From positions 1 to 62,045 of the IMG/VR virus record IMGVR_UViG_3300021432_000009: a stretch of DNA of 62,045 nt; one strand, given 5' to 3'. Position 1 is the first letter of the stretch, and each line of letters starts with the position of its first letter. This document shows, in pieces, positions 28,707 to 37,104 of this stretch. Source of the stretch: a virus (taxonomy: Duplodnaviria; Caudoviricetes). Made by a program: the position numbers and the translations under genes. The notes below the pieces were generated by a model, which worked only from the letters and a program-made list of their open reading frames with translations, was not told the origin of the DNA and searched no databases.

Positions 28707-29143
28707 GGGATGCTCTTGTAGTGTACGTTGACGATGTAAGTCGTCGCCGCCGGTGTGCCCGTATCGCTGTCAGCTATGCCAGTCGTGACGCACATCACTA
28801 CGCCATTCACATACGCATCGCCATTGATATTCGGCAGCGCGAAGCCACCCCCACTGCTGCTTGCGCCGAACGGAATCATATAGCGCGCGAAGGGCGCCGG
28901 CGCAGCCTGCCCACACGTCGCAGACGCGGCGTTGTAGAGTTTGATGTACGCGAGAGTAGTGGAGTTGTTGAAGGCCTCAACAAGATAGACGGTAGTTTTC
29001 TTCGTGGCGATAACAATTGCCGTCGTATTGTTCGCGACAATTGTGCTACTGACCGAGATATCGCTGCCGAGTGGTGGCTGCTGCGCCGCGAGTGGCGCAA
29101 TTAGGGCGAATAGCCACGTTAGCGCACATGCAAGCCTAATCAT
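28703..29143 (-). CDS. Signal-peptide protein paralogous to the C-domain of 27580-28533
   Basis: MIRLACALTWLFALIAPLAA; N.STT...KLYN...NG.V.C.T. Confidence 0.7.
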   Translation of the reverse strand: MIRLACALTWLFALIAPLAAQQPPLGSDISVSSTIVANNTTAIVIATKKTTVYLVEAFNNSTTLAYIKLYNAASATCGQAAPAPFARYMIPFGASSSGGGFALPNINGDAYVNGVVMCVTTGIADSDTGTPAATTYIVNVHYKSIP

Positions 29144-29441
29144 TGCTTCGTCCCTTCTTCGCTGGCTGCTGCGCTATCGCAGCCACGCCACTCTTAATCT
29201 CAGCAATACTCTGCATAATCGTGCTTTGCCCCGCCCACAGCGCATCTACTTTGTCCTTGAGCGTCTGCACTTGCGTATAGAACTGGAAGATATACCATAG
29301 CGCACCGCCAATAGCTCCCGCAGTCGTCAAGCTACGCTTACTCCACGTCCACAGCGCATCAGTGACAACGACTTGGCTACCGCGCGGTACCTGGTAGATC
29401 GGCTTCGCTTCTCGACGCATTCGCGTAGTTCGTCTTGCCAT
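29136..29441 (-). CDS. Single-TM coiled-coil protein (possible lysis accessory)
   Basis: TM segment followed by coiled coil. Confidence 0.5.
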   Translation of the reverse strand: MARRTTRMRREAKPIYQVPRGSQVVVTDALWTWSKRSLTTAGAIGGALWYIFQFYTQVQTLKDKVDALWAGQSTIMQSIAEIKSGVAAIAQQPAKKGRSND

Positions 29442-29557
29442 TAGCCTGCTGCCGGATTGCCAAACCAATAGGCGATCAGCAGCGCAGCAATCAGCAACAC
29501 GAGCGCAAGCGCTGCGCCTTTCTGATCTGCGCGAAGGCGATGCTTCCGCACTGTCAT
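29441..29557 (-). CDS. 38-aa membrane peptide
   Basis: Translated by hand: MTVRKHRLRADQKGAALALVLLIAALLIAYWFGNPAAG; coupled on both sides. Confidence 0.45.
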   Translation of the reverse strand: MTVRKHRLRADQKGAALALVLLIAALLIAYWFGNPAAG

Positions 29558-29766
29558 GGCGAATTCCACCAGTTTACGTTGTTAAACCGGCCGCTCAAGA
29601 TTGCAATCGCCATCATGAGGCCGATTATGACGAATACGACAACGAGTATCTGGTGCGGGATGACTACGCCAAGCAGTCCGAGTATCCAGATCACGACGTA
29701 GTACGCAAGGACAACGAAGGCAATGCCAAGCAAGATCGCAAGTATTCGAACAAAGACATTACCCAT
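29554..29766 (-). CDS. Two-TM membrane protein (holin-like candidate)
   Basis: Two hydrophobic helices, 70 aa. Confidence 0.6.
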   Translation of the reverse strand: MGNVFVRILAILLGIAFVVLAYYVVIWILGLLGVVIPHQILVVVFVIIGLMMAIAILSGRFNNVNWWNSP

Positions 29767-29969
29767 TACCTTGCTCCTATGTGCAGCCGGGATATTTCCA
29801 CGCTGTAGTACTTCCCAGGCAAAAAGACAGTCGTCTTCGCATTGAGCAGCAGTATTTCGCTCGGCCCCTCTACGAGATCATCTCGCGTTAAGTGCACTCG
29901 TACAACGCCATTGTTCGGCTCAACGGAACGGCACAGAAACTGCGCAGCGTAGCGATCATGCGAGGCCAT
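29766..29969 (-). CDS. Hypothetical protein
   Basis: F.PGK.Y.V motif; coupled. Confidence 0.6.
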   Translation of the reverse strand: MASHDRYAAQFLCRSVEPNNGVVRVHLTRDDLVEGPSEILLLNAKTTVFLPGKYYSVEISRLHIGAR

Positions 29970-29970
29970 C

Positions 29971-30435
29971 CTAGTGCGCTCGCCATACCAAGTCCACTAC
30001 TACTGCGACTGCTCCTATAGCGCCCACTAAGTAGCCCCATCCATCTCCTATGCCCTTGCTGTGCCCTTCGCCTTTGTCCATTCGAGACTTCAAGTCGTCA
30101 ATCTTGTCTATCGTCGCCTGGTTCGCAGTTTGAAAGATCGTCTGTAGTTGTTTAATAGATTCAGCAGTAGATATTTCGCTCTTCGAAATCGCAAGTGCGC
30201 TCGACTTATTCTGCTCCGTCACTGCGTCCTGCGCGGCCTTAAAAGCGGCGGTGAGCGCGGTGTCTCGCATCGAGAACTGCGTAGCAACACCTGTTAATTT
30301 CTCCTCTATGAGATCTTGGAGGGCCTTGATTTGGCCCTCCAAGTACATCTTAATATTCGCGATCTCCCGAAGCGACTGTTCGATCGTTCGCTCAGTCGGA
30401 TCGGGATCAGGGCGAACTATTCGCTGCTCAACCAT
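29971..30435 (-). CDS. Coiled-coil protein with C-terminal TM
   Basis: PDPT..T, AA..A..AV..Q, AI.KSE, IDDLK. Confidence 0.65.
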   Translation of the reverse strand: MVEQRIVRPDPDPTERTIEQSLREIANIKMYLEGQIKALQDLIEEKLTGVATQFSMRDTALTAAFKAAQDAVTEQNKSSALAISKSEISTAESIKQLQTIFQTANQATIDKIDDLKSRMDKGEGHSKGIGDGWGYLVGAIGAVAVVVDLVWRAH

Positions 30436-30463
30436 TCACGCGAAGCGCACACCGGCGCCCTTC

Positions 30464-31192
30464 TTACCACTTTAGAGCCAGCCCAGCGAGGTACGTAGTG
30501 CCCTCTGCCCCGCACGGCTGGCCTGCTGGCAGCCCGACACCGATGCAGACGCCCTTCTGCGGGAACTTCGTCATGGCGAACACGTCCACGACACTTCCAG
30601 AGGTCAGCTGCCCGAGCATCCCGATGCCGACACCAGGGGCAAGCCGCCAGTCCTTATTGCTTCCCATGCCGGCAATGTCGATTGTCACGTCGTCCTCGGT
30701 CAACGATCCGAACAAGTACGGCTTAATGTTGCTCGCAACCTGGCCACCCGGTAGCGGCGGGAACGGCGGAACGGACAGGTTCAGCGTGGGGAAGAGCGCA
30801 GCGACTTCGTTGAGCGGCGCGCCGATCATCACTCGCTGCGTGAAGGTAGCCGGCCCGGTGAGGGCGAAGCCCTGCGAAGCACCGTTGAAGTTCTGCCAGC
30901 CGAACCAGCCCTCAACAGCAGCAAAGTACTGCGAGTTTGGCGCGTTCCAGACGTAGCCAAGGATGCCGGCTACGCCAATCTGGTTGGAAATGAGCGAATT
31001 GCTGTTGACGCCGGGCACAGTCGCATTGACCGTTCCGCCGCCTCCCATCGTGCCCAGGCCGAAGTACATCCCGCTCGTGAGCGGATATGCGCGCGACAGC
31101 ACAGGGGCCTTCGTCGGCAGGCCCTGGTCAGCTGCGCTCGCAGCGCTGCACAGCAGCGTCGCAGCGAGTAGGCTAAGTGCGATCTTCTTCAT
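30464..31192 (-). CDS. Outer-membrane beta-barrel protein (Omp31/RopB-like porin family)
   Basis: MKKIALSLLAATLLCSAASA-ADQGLPTKAP...SGMYFG, GY.W, PY, terminal LAGLALKW; GGAG RBS. Confidence 0.75.
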   Translation of the reverse strand: MKKIALSLLAATLLCSAASAADQGLPTKAPVLSRAYPLTSGMYFGLGTMGGGGTVNATVPGVNSNSLISNQIGVAGILGYVWNAPNSQYFAAVEGWFGWQNFNGASQGFALTGPATFTQRVMIGAPLNEVAALFPTLNLSVPPFPPLPGGQVASNIKPYLFGSLTEDDVTIDIAGMGSNKDWRLAPGVGIGMLGQLTSGSVVDVFAMTKFPQKGVCIGVGLPAGQPCGAEGTTYLAGLALKW

Positions 31193-31268
31193 AGCGGTTC
31201 TCCAGTTGGCATTATTGCCAACCGCAGTGTAGCGCGAAGCTCTGTGTCGTGCGCGCAACACATGGGAA

Positions 31269-31652
31269 TTATTGCGCCCCCGGCATGGGCGGTTGTGGGG
31301 CCGGCGTTGTTGGTCCCCCACCCACGGCACTTGCGAGTGCCTTCTTCGCCGCTTCCGCCGCCGCCCATTGCTGCGCAGCAGCGGTCTTCTTCATCTCCGC
31401 ATCTGCGATCATCTGCACTAGCCGCGCCTGTGCCTGCGGTTGCCCAGTCTTCTCCCACCAACTCCACGCCGGGCCGATAGACGCGATTATGACACCTGCG
31501 AACGTGTCGATAAATTGCGTCTGCGAGACGCAGCCCTGGCAACCTAGTATCCCATAGCTCGCAAGCGCAGTACCAGCTATGCCGAGATAGTGCCGAACCT
31601 GGCCGCTTGCGATATCTTTGAGCATCGCGACGAACTGAGGGTCGAGTGCCAT
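31269..31652 (-). CDS. Putative holin
   Basis: VRH.L...G..L...G, second TM, WSWW.K. Confidence 0.55.
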   Translation of the reverse strand: MALDPQFVAMLKDIASGQVRHYLGIAGTALASYGILGCQGCVSQTQFIDTFAGVIIASIGPAWSWWEKTGQPQAQARLVQMIADAEMKKTAAAQQWAAAEAAKKALASAVGGGPTTPAPQPPMPGAQ

Positions 31653-31668
31653 TGGCGGTGTACTCCTG

Positions 31669-32112
31669 CTACGTGCTCTTCGTCGTCGCTACGCTGACCC
31701 AGGTGCGCAGCCCACCCACATCGCTAATCACCATGAAGATGCCGCGCTTCCCAGTGCCCATATTCACAGCCGCGCCGGCGGCACCGCCGTCGATCACATC
31801 GTTCGCACCAGCTGGGAATATTTGAATGGTCTGCCCAGAGTCGTTTGCAATGAGCATCACATTCGGACTCGGCACGCCATTCACATTCGCGCCGCTGCCG
31901 GGCAGTTTCACCGCATCACTTGCATTTGCAGTTGCAATTTGCGAGATCGCCTGCGTCAGCTGCTTCGCACCAGCGCGCGTCTGCACGGTGCTAGCAACTA
32001 TGCCGCTATCCGTTGCATATAGCTGCTGCGTTAGCAGGGCGTTAAGCTGCGATCCGTCAATGAGACGGAAGCCAGGCTGGAAGGGCTGCGGAGTATTCGT
32101 GACTTCGGCCAT
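31669..32112 (-). CDS. Virion structural protein
   Basis: PGFRLIDG..LN motif; AAGGAG RBS; C-terminal part resembles 23114-23569. Confidence 0.6.
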   Translation of the reverse strand: MAEVTNTPQPFQPGFRLIDGSQLNALLTQQLYATDSGIVASTVQTRAGAKQLTQAISQIATANASDAVKLPGSGANVNGVPSPNVMLIANDSGQTIQIFPAGANDVIDGGAAGAAVNMGTGKRGIFMVISDVGGLRTWVSVATTKST

Positions 32113-32163
32113 CAGGGTAGCTCCTTAGTTGGCAGCACCATTGCCGCTGTTCCGACCGCTAGC

Positions 32164-32889
32164 TTAGCGTATCTGATCGCTGTACGGGTTATATATACCT
32201 GGGCGGCTCAAGCCCTCTGGCATATTAAGTTGCCCAATCTGCGTATTCGCCTTGCGCATCGAGTTGAGCGCCGCTTTCGCCTTCTTCGTAATCCACGGTA
32301 CTTCCGGTAGCGTGTACGCCGCGCGAATGCGATCTACCATATTCCAGTGCAGCGCATTGAAGTACACCTTCGGCAGGGTTATCGCAGTAGCAAGGTTTGC
32401 AACTTCGCTTAGCACAGCCTTCGTATTAATGTGCACTTCGTAGATATTCGCTTGCGGAACTGGCCACGGGTAGATCACGCCGAGCGGATACGCGGAGTCG
32501 TAGAAGATATCCTGCGGGAAGCTCACTAGCTGTTTCAGCGCAATTGCGTTATAGTCTCCTCGCGACATTAGTAGTCGCAGTGGGTAGTCGATCTGATTCG
32601 GTTGGCTCTGCACGAGTTGGCGAAAGAATGCTGCTTCGAGCCTATCGGGGCGCTCAGCGAGATTGTAGTCCCCTCCTGGCCCAACGGTGTAGCTCTGCGC
32701 ACCAGTGGACACCTTGCTCGTATCAACATTGTGGTACACCAACCACCGCTCGTTGCTCCACTCATCGAGCATGAAGTTGAGGCGAGTGAGGAAGAGCGCG
32801 CTATCTTGCGCGCTCGCAGTCTGCCCCGTGCCGACCACGCCGGCGTCGAATAGGCATAGGTTCGCCAAGTCGAGGCCAGTCGGCGTCAC
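32164..32889 (-). CDS. Head-to-tail adaptor (P22 gp4-like)
   Basis: GV.G.GQ...A.D....L..LN.M..W; YTVGPGGD; YPWPVP. Confidence 0.75.
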   Translation of the reverse strand: MTPTGLDLANLCLFDAGVVGTGQTASAQDSALFLTRLNFMLDEWSNERWLVYHNVDTSKVSTGAQSYTVGPGGDYNLAERPDRLEAAFFRQLVQSQPNQIDYPLRLLMSRGDYNAIALKQLVSFPQDIFYDSAYPLGVIYPWPVPQANIYEVHINTKAVLSEVANLATAITLPKVYFNALHWNMVDRIRAAYTLPEVPWITKKAKAALNSMRKANTQIGQLNMPEGLSRPGIYNPYSDQIR

Positions 32890-32892
32890 TGA

Positions 32893-33552
32893 CTACGCTC
32901 CAACAGGCAGCGCATTCGCCGGAGTTGGCGTAGGTGCGGGCGTCGCAGCCGGCTTCGCTGGCGGCACAATCGTGTCCTTCGCACTTGCAGGCGCCTCTGG
33001 CACCTTGCCGCTGAGCGCATCCTCTTCCACCTTGCTCTTCACGACTACTCCATCGTGACCCGCGCCGATCCACTTCGGATACTCCGTCGCCGGCAGCGCT
33101 GCGAGCGCAACAGGCGTCGCCTTCACATACGCGATAACGACCTCGACTCGCCCCTTCGTCGGCTCGCCATCTCGGCGCAGCCAGAGCTCTGTGTCGCTCC
33201 CGATCGCCGGCACGATCTTCGCGACCTCGCCATCTACCTTCACGATGCTATTAGGGTTCGCATCGTCCTGCGTAGTCGCAAGCACAACTGCACCGCCTTC
33301 GAATGGCGGGTCGAATGCGACGACGCACTGCAGCACGAATGTACCCTTCGGCAAGACGAAGAGCTTCGTCGCGCGCTTCTTGCTCGCCGCGAACGTATCG
33401 ACTCGCTTCGCGAAGGCATCCGCGCTTTCATCTGCTGGCACACCCACCCCTACGCCCCGCTGCGGAGTAGGCAACTCGCTCCACAGCGGTGAGTCGAACG
33501 CCAGCGACGCTCGCATCGCGAGCACAGTACCGTATTCGTCATACTCAGCCAT
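32893..33552 (-). CDS. Head-associated protein (EYPK motif)
   Basis: EYPKW...VV.S..EE motif. Confidence 0.55.
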   Translation of the reverse strand: MAEYDEYGTVLAMRASLAFDSPLWSELPTPQRGVGVGVPADESADAFAKRVDTFAASKKRATKLFVLPKGTFVLQCVVAFDPPFEGGAVVLATTQDDANPNSIVKVDGEVAKIVPAIGSDTELWLRRDGEPTKGRVEVVIAYVKATPVALAALPATEYPKWIGAGHDGVVVKSKVEEDALSGKVPEAPASAKDTIVPPAKPAATPAPTPTPANALPVGA

Positions 33553-33563
33553 CTTTCAGACTC

Positions 33564-33983
33564 CTATGCTAATGGCATTGGCTCTTTGCGAGCCGCTTCC
33601 GCCATTGGATGATCAGCAGTAAGTTTCGTAGGAGCCTTTGGTGACAAGACCGAAGGCTTCACAGTTTGCAATGGCACAGCTTCCGCCGTAGGCTGCGAGC
33701 CGCTGAGCGCGAGCAGCTTCGCTCGAAGCTCATCGTTCTCACGCGCGAGTCTATTCCGCTCTGCGAGCACGGGGTCATCTTCGAGCTTCACTCCTGGCAC
33801 GGACTCCGCGCGAAAGGCGAGTTCCTCCCTCTGCGAGTGCACGATCTTGTACGTTGGCTTGCCAAAGTCGTCCACACCAGTGGTGACTTGCTTCGGATAC
33901 TCCTGGTACGGGCGAGGATGCCCATCGGGGTCGAACTGGCCGATCTTGCCTTCAGCTTCGAGTCTCTTATAGATTGCTAGCAT
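33564..33983 (-). CDS. Head-associated protein (EYPK motif)
   Basis: YQEYPK...IVHSQREE. Confidence 0.6.
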   Translation of the reverse strand: MLAIYKRLEAEGKIGQFDPDGHPRPYQEYPKQVTTGVDDFGKPTYKIVHSQREELAFRAESVPGVKLEDDPVLAERNRLARENDELRAKLLALSGSQPTAEAVPLQTVKPSVLSPKAPTKLTADHPMAEAARKEPMPLA

Positions 33984-34159
33984 TTTGGCGGCTCCTCAGT
34001 TTGCATTATGACCAGAAATTGTTCAACTTTGCCTCTTGGCTCTGTTGTAGTCAGGATAAAGCTCGGCACAACTGAGTGTAACGTCCAACCAGGGCTCAGA
34101 GGAATAGCATTAGCCAGGTATTCCTCGACGTTACTCACCCGAACTGCGCGGTACTTCAT
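33977..34159 (-). CDS. Small hypothetical protein
   Basis: MKY...GW.L.SV pattern. Confidence 0.5.
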   Translation of the reverse strand: MKYRAVRVSNVEEYLANAIPLSPGWTLHSVVPSFILTTTEPRGKVEQFLVIMQTEEPPKC

Positions 34160-34448
34160 CGTGCTGACTTGCGCTTCTCTGCCATCGCAACGGCGACAGC
34201 CTGTTTGTTCGCTCGCTCCTTGCCAAACTTGCGCGCAGTATGCGCGTAGCTCGGACCCTTGTGGAACTCACTAATGTTCTTCGAAACGGTCTTCTTCGAG
34301 GTTCCCTTGCGAAGCGGCACGGCGGCGACTCCATTGGCAGTAAGTTCCGAAGGAAGGCTGGCAGCGAAGCGAGGCCAGGGGGTAACCGAACCCCGCTTCG
34401 CGCCACGCCCAGTCCCCCACCGCCTAGTAGGGACCAGGTGGAGGGCGA

Positions 34449-35681
34449 CTAGAGGAAGTCAGGCACAACGCAGGCCCATTCGGGCCGAACGTATAGGATT
34501 CCCCAAAGCACGTCAAGTCGAGTGATGAATTGGTCGCTGCGAATGTCGTATGCGCTAATCATTCGCATCGAGATGCCATCATACGACTCCCTCGCCGCTT
34601 CGTGCACGCCACGCGGCAGCTCCAGGTCCGCCGTTGCCATCGTGATGGCCTCGGGCACGAACGCGAAGTTCTTCCGATACACGGAACTCGCCAGCGTTGC
34701 AGGGATGACATTCGCCGCATTCGCCGGCGAGTTGTCCACCGTCTGGTACTGCACCGGAGTCGGCCCAGCAGCCGCAGGGATCAGCGCAGGGTAGATGTTC
34801 ATCGTCGTGCCGCCATTCGCAACGGCAGTCGTCAAGACGAACTGCATCGGAGTCTGCGTGGAGACCTTCGTGATACGGTTCACGGAGTTGACGCCGCTGA
34901 TCGTCACGATATCGCCGAGAGCGTAGGTGCCCGCCAGCGCATTAATGGTGATCTGCAACCCCGTTTGGCCAGCGCCATTCACAGTGGCAGACGTGGCCTG
35001 CGCGCTCGTATACGCACCCGTCGTATGCTTGATAACCGTTTGGTCCGAGTACCAGTCGAACCCGAGCGTATCCTCGGCGATCTGACCCTTCTTGTACTGG
35101 TCGCCGATCTTGTTCTGCGGGTTCAGTAGGCCGGCGAGGCTCGCGACGCTTCGCGCCATCGTAATGGGGTCAAGGATCAGTTTCCGGCGACCCCTTGGCG
35201 CAGAGTTAAGGTCGAGCAGCGCGCCGGCGGTGAGCCAAGTCTGCGCAATGGGCGTGAGCACGTTGCCTGCGCCATCGAAGTTGCCGGCAAGTCGGGCTAC
35301 GCCGCCCTCGACGCCGGCCATGATATTCGCGGCTACGTCGCCGCACAGGTTATTGACCATCGGGGCGAGGATACGGCGGGAGAAGTCGTCGAGCAACATG
35401 GTACGGTCGACACTGCTGTACGACACGTCCACGCCATATTGGTTGGTGAGCGTCAGCGTGGTGCTCTGCTCGCTCGTGTCCTGAATGCTCGCCGCCGGTC
35501 CGTGCCGAGTCGTGAAGTCGTTCGGCAAGCGCACCCTTACCGTCGTGCCGATCTTCGCGCCCGTCTTCGCGAACTGATCGTCGTATTGCTGGTCGATGTG
35601 CTGAATGAACTCGTTGGAGTTCTTCCAAAGCCGCACGGCCTCGCGGGTAATCATGTTGATTGTCAGGATGGTATTCGGCAT
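34449..35681 (-). CDS. Major capsid protein (P22 coat family)
   Basis: N..LTI.MITREA, YDD.F...GAKIG...R.RLP, TRLDVL.G...RPEW. Confidence 0.95.
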   Translation of the reverse strand: MPNTILTINMITREAVRLWKNSNEFIQHIDQQYDDQFAKTGAKIGTTVRVRLPNDFTTRHGPAASIQDTSEQSTTLTLTNQYGVDVSYSSVDRTMLLDDFSRRILAPMVNNLCGDVAANIMAGVEGGVARLAGNFDGAGNVLTPIAQTWLTAGALLDLNSAPRGRRKLILDPITMARSVASLAGLLNPQNKIGDQYKKGQIAEDTLGFDWYSDQTVIKHTTGAYTSAQATSATVNGAGQTGLQITINALAGTYALGDIVTISGVNSVNRITKVSTQTPMQFVLTTAVANGGTTMNIYPALIPAAAGPTPVQYQTVDNSPANAANVIPATLASSVYRKNFAFVPEAITMATADLELPRGVHEAARESYDGISMRMISAYDIRSDQFITRLDVLWGILYVRPEWACVVPDFL

Positions 35682-35833
35682 TTTGGCCCGCGCTACGCGC
35701 GCTCCCTATTAGGTTGACACAATGGGCGCAAGACGCGCCGCGTTCGTGCCAGGGCCTGAGTCTGGGCGTTTTGATGCAGGCAAGGCGAGTTCAATGCAGG
35801 AACTCGAAGTCTGCGTCGGCGCGAAGAGCGCCC

Positions 35834-36733
35834 TTAGTGCCTCGTAGCGCGCTGGGCGCGCTCCTGTTCGTTCCGCTTCGCGATAAACTCTGTCATCGGC
35901 ATAGTCTCAAGATCTGGCTCTGCTCGAGTCGCGCCACCCACTCGGGGCGCGATCGGCTTCGGCGCGCGCGTTACCCTCGGCTCAGCCTCGCCCAGCGCAT
36001 TCTGCTGCGCACCCAGCTCGCTCGCAAGCTTCGTTAGCGCAACAGCCTGCGCGACAGCGGGCATCGAGAGTATTCGATCGGCCTCACTCGGGTTCTTGCC
36101 CAGGTGATAGATGAGCGCGCCGGCGGAGCCAGTCTCCAGCGCCGCGGCGAGAAACTCGCCCGGCACAACTGGGCCGGTTACAGTCTTCAGGCCTGCGATG
36201 GCCTCGTCGAAGTCGGGGTGTTCCTTGCGACCCGCGAAGACTACTTCGTCCATTCTCGTATTGAACTGCGCATTCGCAGCGAGCCGGCGGGCCTCGGCCT
36301 CCACCTCCGCTTGCGTGAATGTTCGTACAGCCGGCTTTGGTGGCTCAGGCTTCGCTTCGCCCTCTGCTGGCTTCGCTACGCCCAGCTTCTGTAACTCCGC
36401 AATGGTGTCCTCTGCGAGCTTCGCTCGCGCTTCCGCCGCTTCGCGCGCTCGCTTCTCTTCCCACTTCTCGCGAGTGAGCACGTTGATGCGCTCAGCGGCG
36501 CCATCCTTCTTCGGCTCGGGCTTTGGCTCGCCCGCGGGCGGCTCGCCATCCTTCGGCGCGAGCAGCGCCGCAACAGGCTTGAGTGGTTCCGCTGGCTGCT
36601 CTGGCTGCGGTGTTGGTGTCGGGCCGGGCTCGGGTGTCGGCGTAGCAACGCCGCCGGGGCCAAGAGAAGCCTCGTCGCCCTCAGCAGAGCACAGGAAGGT
36701 GTGGTCGAGAAAGTGGCGATGGCGGAAGAGCAT
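35834..36733 (-). CDS. Capsid scaffolding protein
   Basis: Pro/Glu-rich N-terminus, RI..LT, G...PDF, YHLGKNP.EA.RI, APKPI.P; upstream of coat. Confidence 0.8.
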   Translation of the reverse strand: MLFRHRHFLDHTFLCSAEGDEASLGPGGVATPTPEPGPTPTPQPEQPAEPLKPVAALLAPKDGEPPAGEPKPEPKKDGAAERINVLTREKWEEKRAREAAEARAKLAEDTIAELQKLGVAKPAEGEAKPEPPKPAVRTFTQAEVEAEARRLAANAQFNTRMDEVVFAGRKEHPDFDEAIAGLKTVTGPVVPGEFLAAALETGSAGALIYHLGKNPSEADRILSMPAVAQAVALTKLASELGAQQNALGEAEPRVTRAPKPIAPRVGGATRAEPDLETMPMTEFIAKRNEQERAQRATRH

Positions 36734-37104
36734 TACTGTAACCTCAGTTGGCGGCGTTCGGCTCGTCTGGCATGGCGATTGCGGCCTACCACGAGGCCGT
36801 TGTCGTCAATGAGCGCAGCATAAATGGTTTGCTTCAATTCCTCCGAATGGTTGCCGCCCAACATTTGCGCTAACGTGGCCCGCGCCTTCGGAATGAGCTT
36901 CGGCCACATTAGTTCCAGGAACATCGCTTCGCACATAGTCGGCGTCAGCTCGGGGCACACTCGCTTCCACTCAGCATATATGCGATTATCTCGCATCACG
37001 TCGGAGTAGAGCGACGCGGCCATCTCAATTGCCGTAGCACGTATCAGCTTGTGAACATGCACGGTGCGGTGTGGCGGGAGCGCCGCCTTCGGCAGATCGT
37101 TCAT
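36733..37104 (-). CDS. Hypothetical protein
   Basis: ARATLA.ML...K..IY.AL motif. Confidence 0.65.
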   Translation of the reverse strand: MNDLPKAALPPHRTVHVHKLIRATAIEMAASLYSDVMRDNRIYAEWKRVCPELTPTMCEAMFLELMWPKLIPKARATLAQMLGGNHSEELKQTIYAALIDDNGLVVGRNRHARRAERRQLRLQ

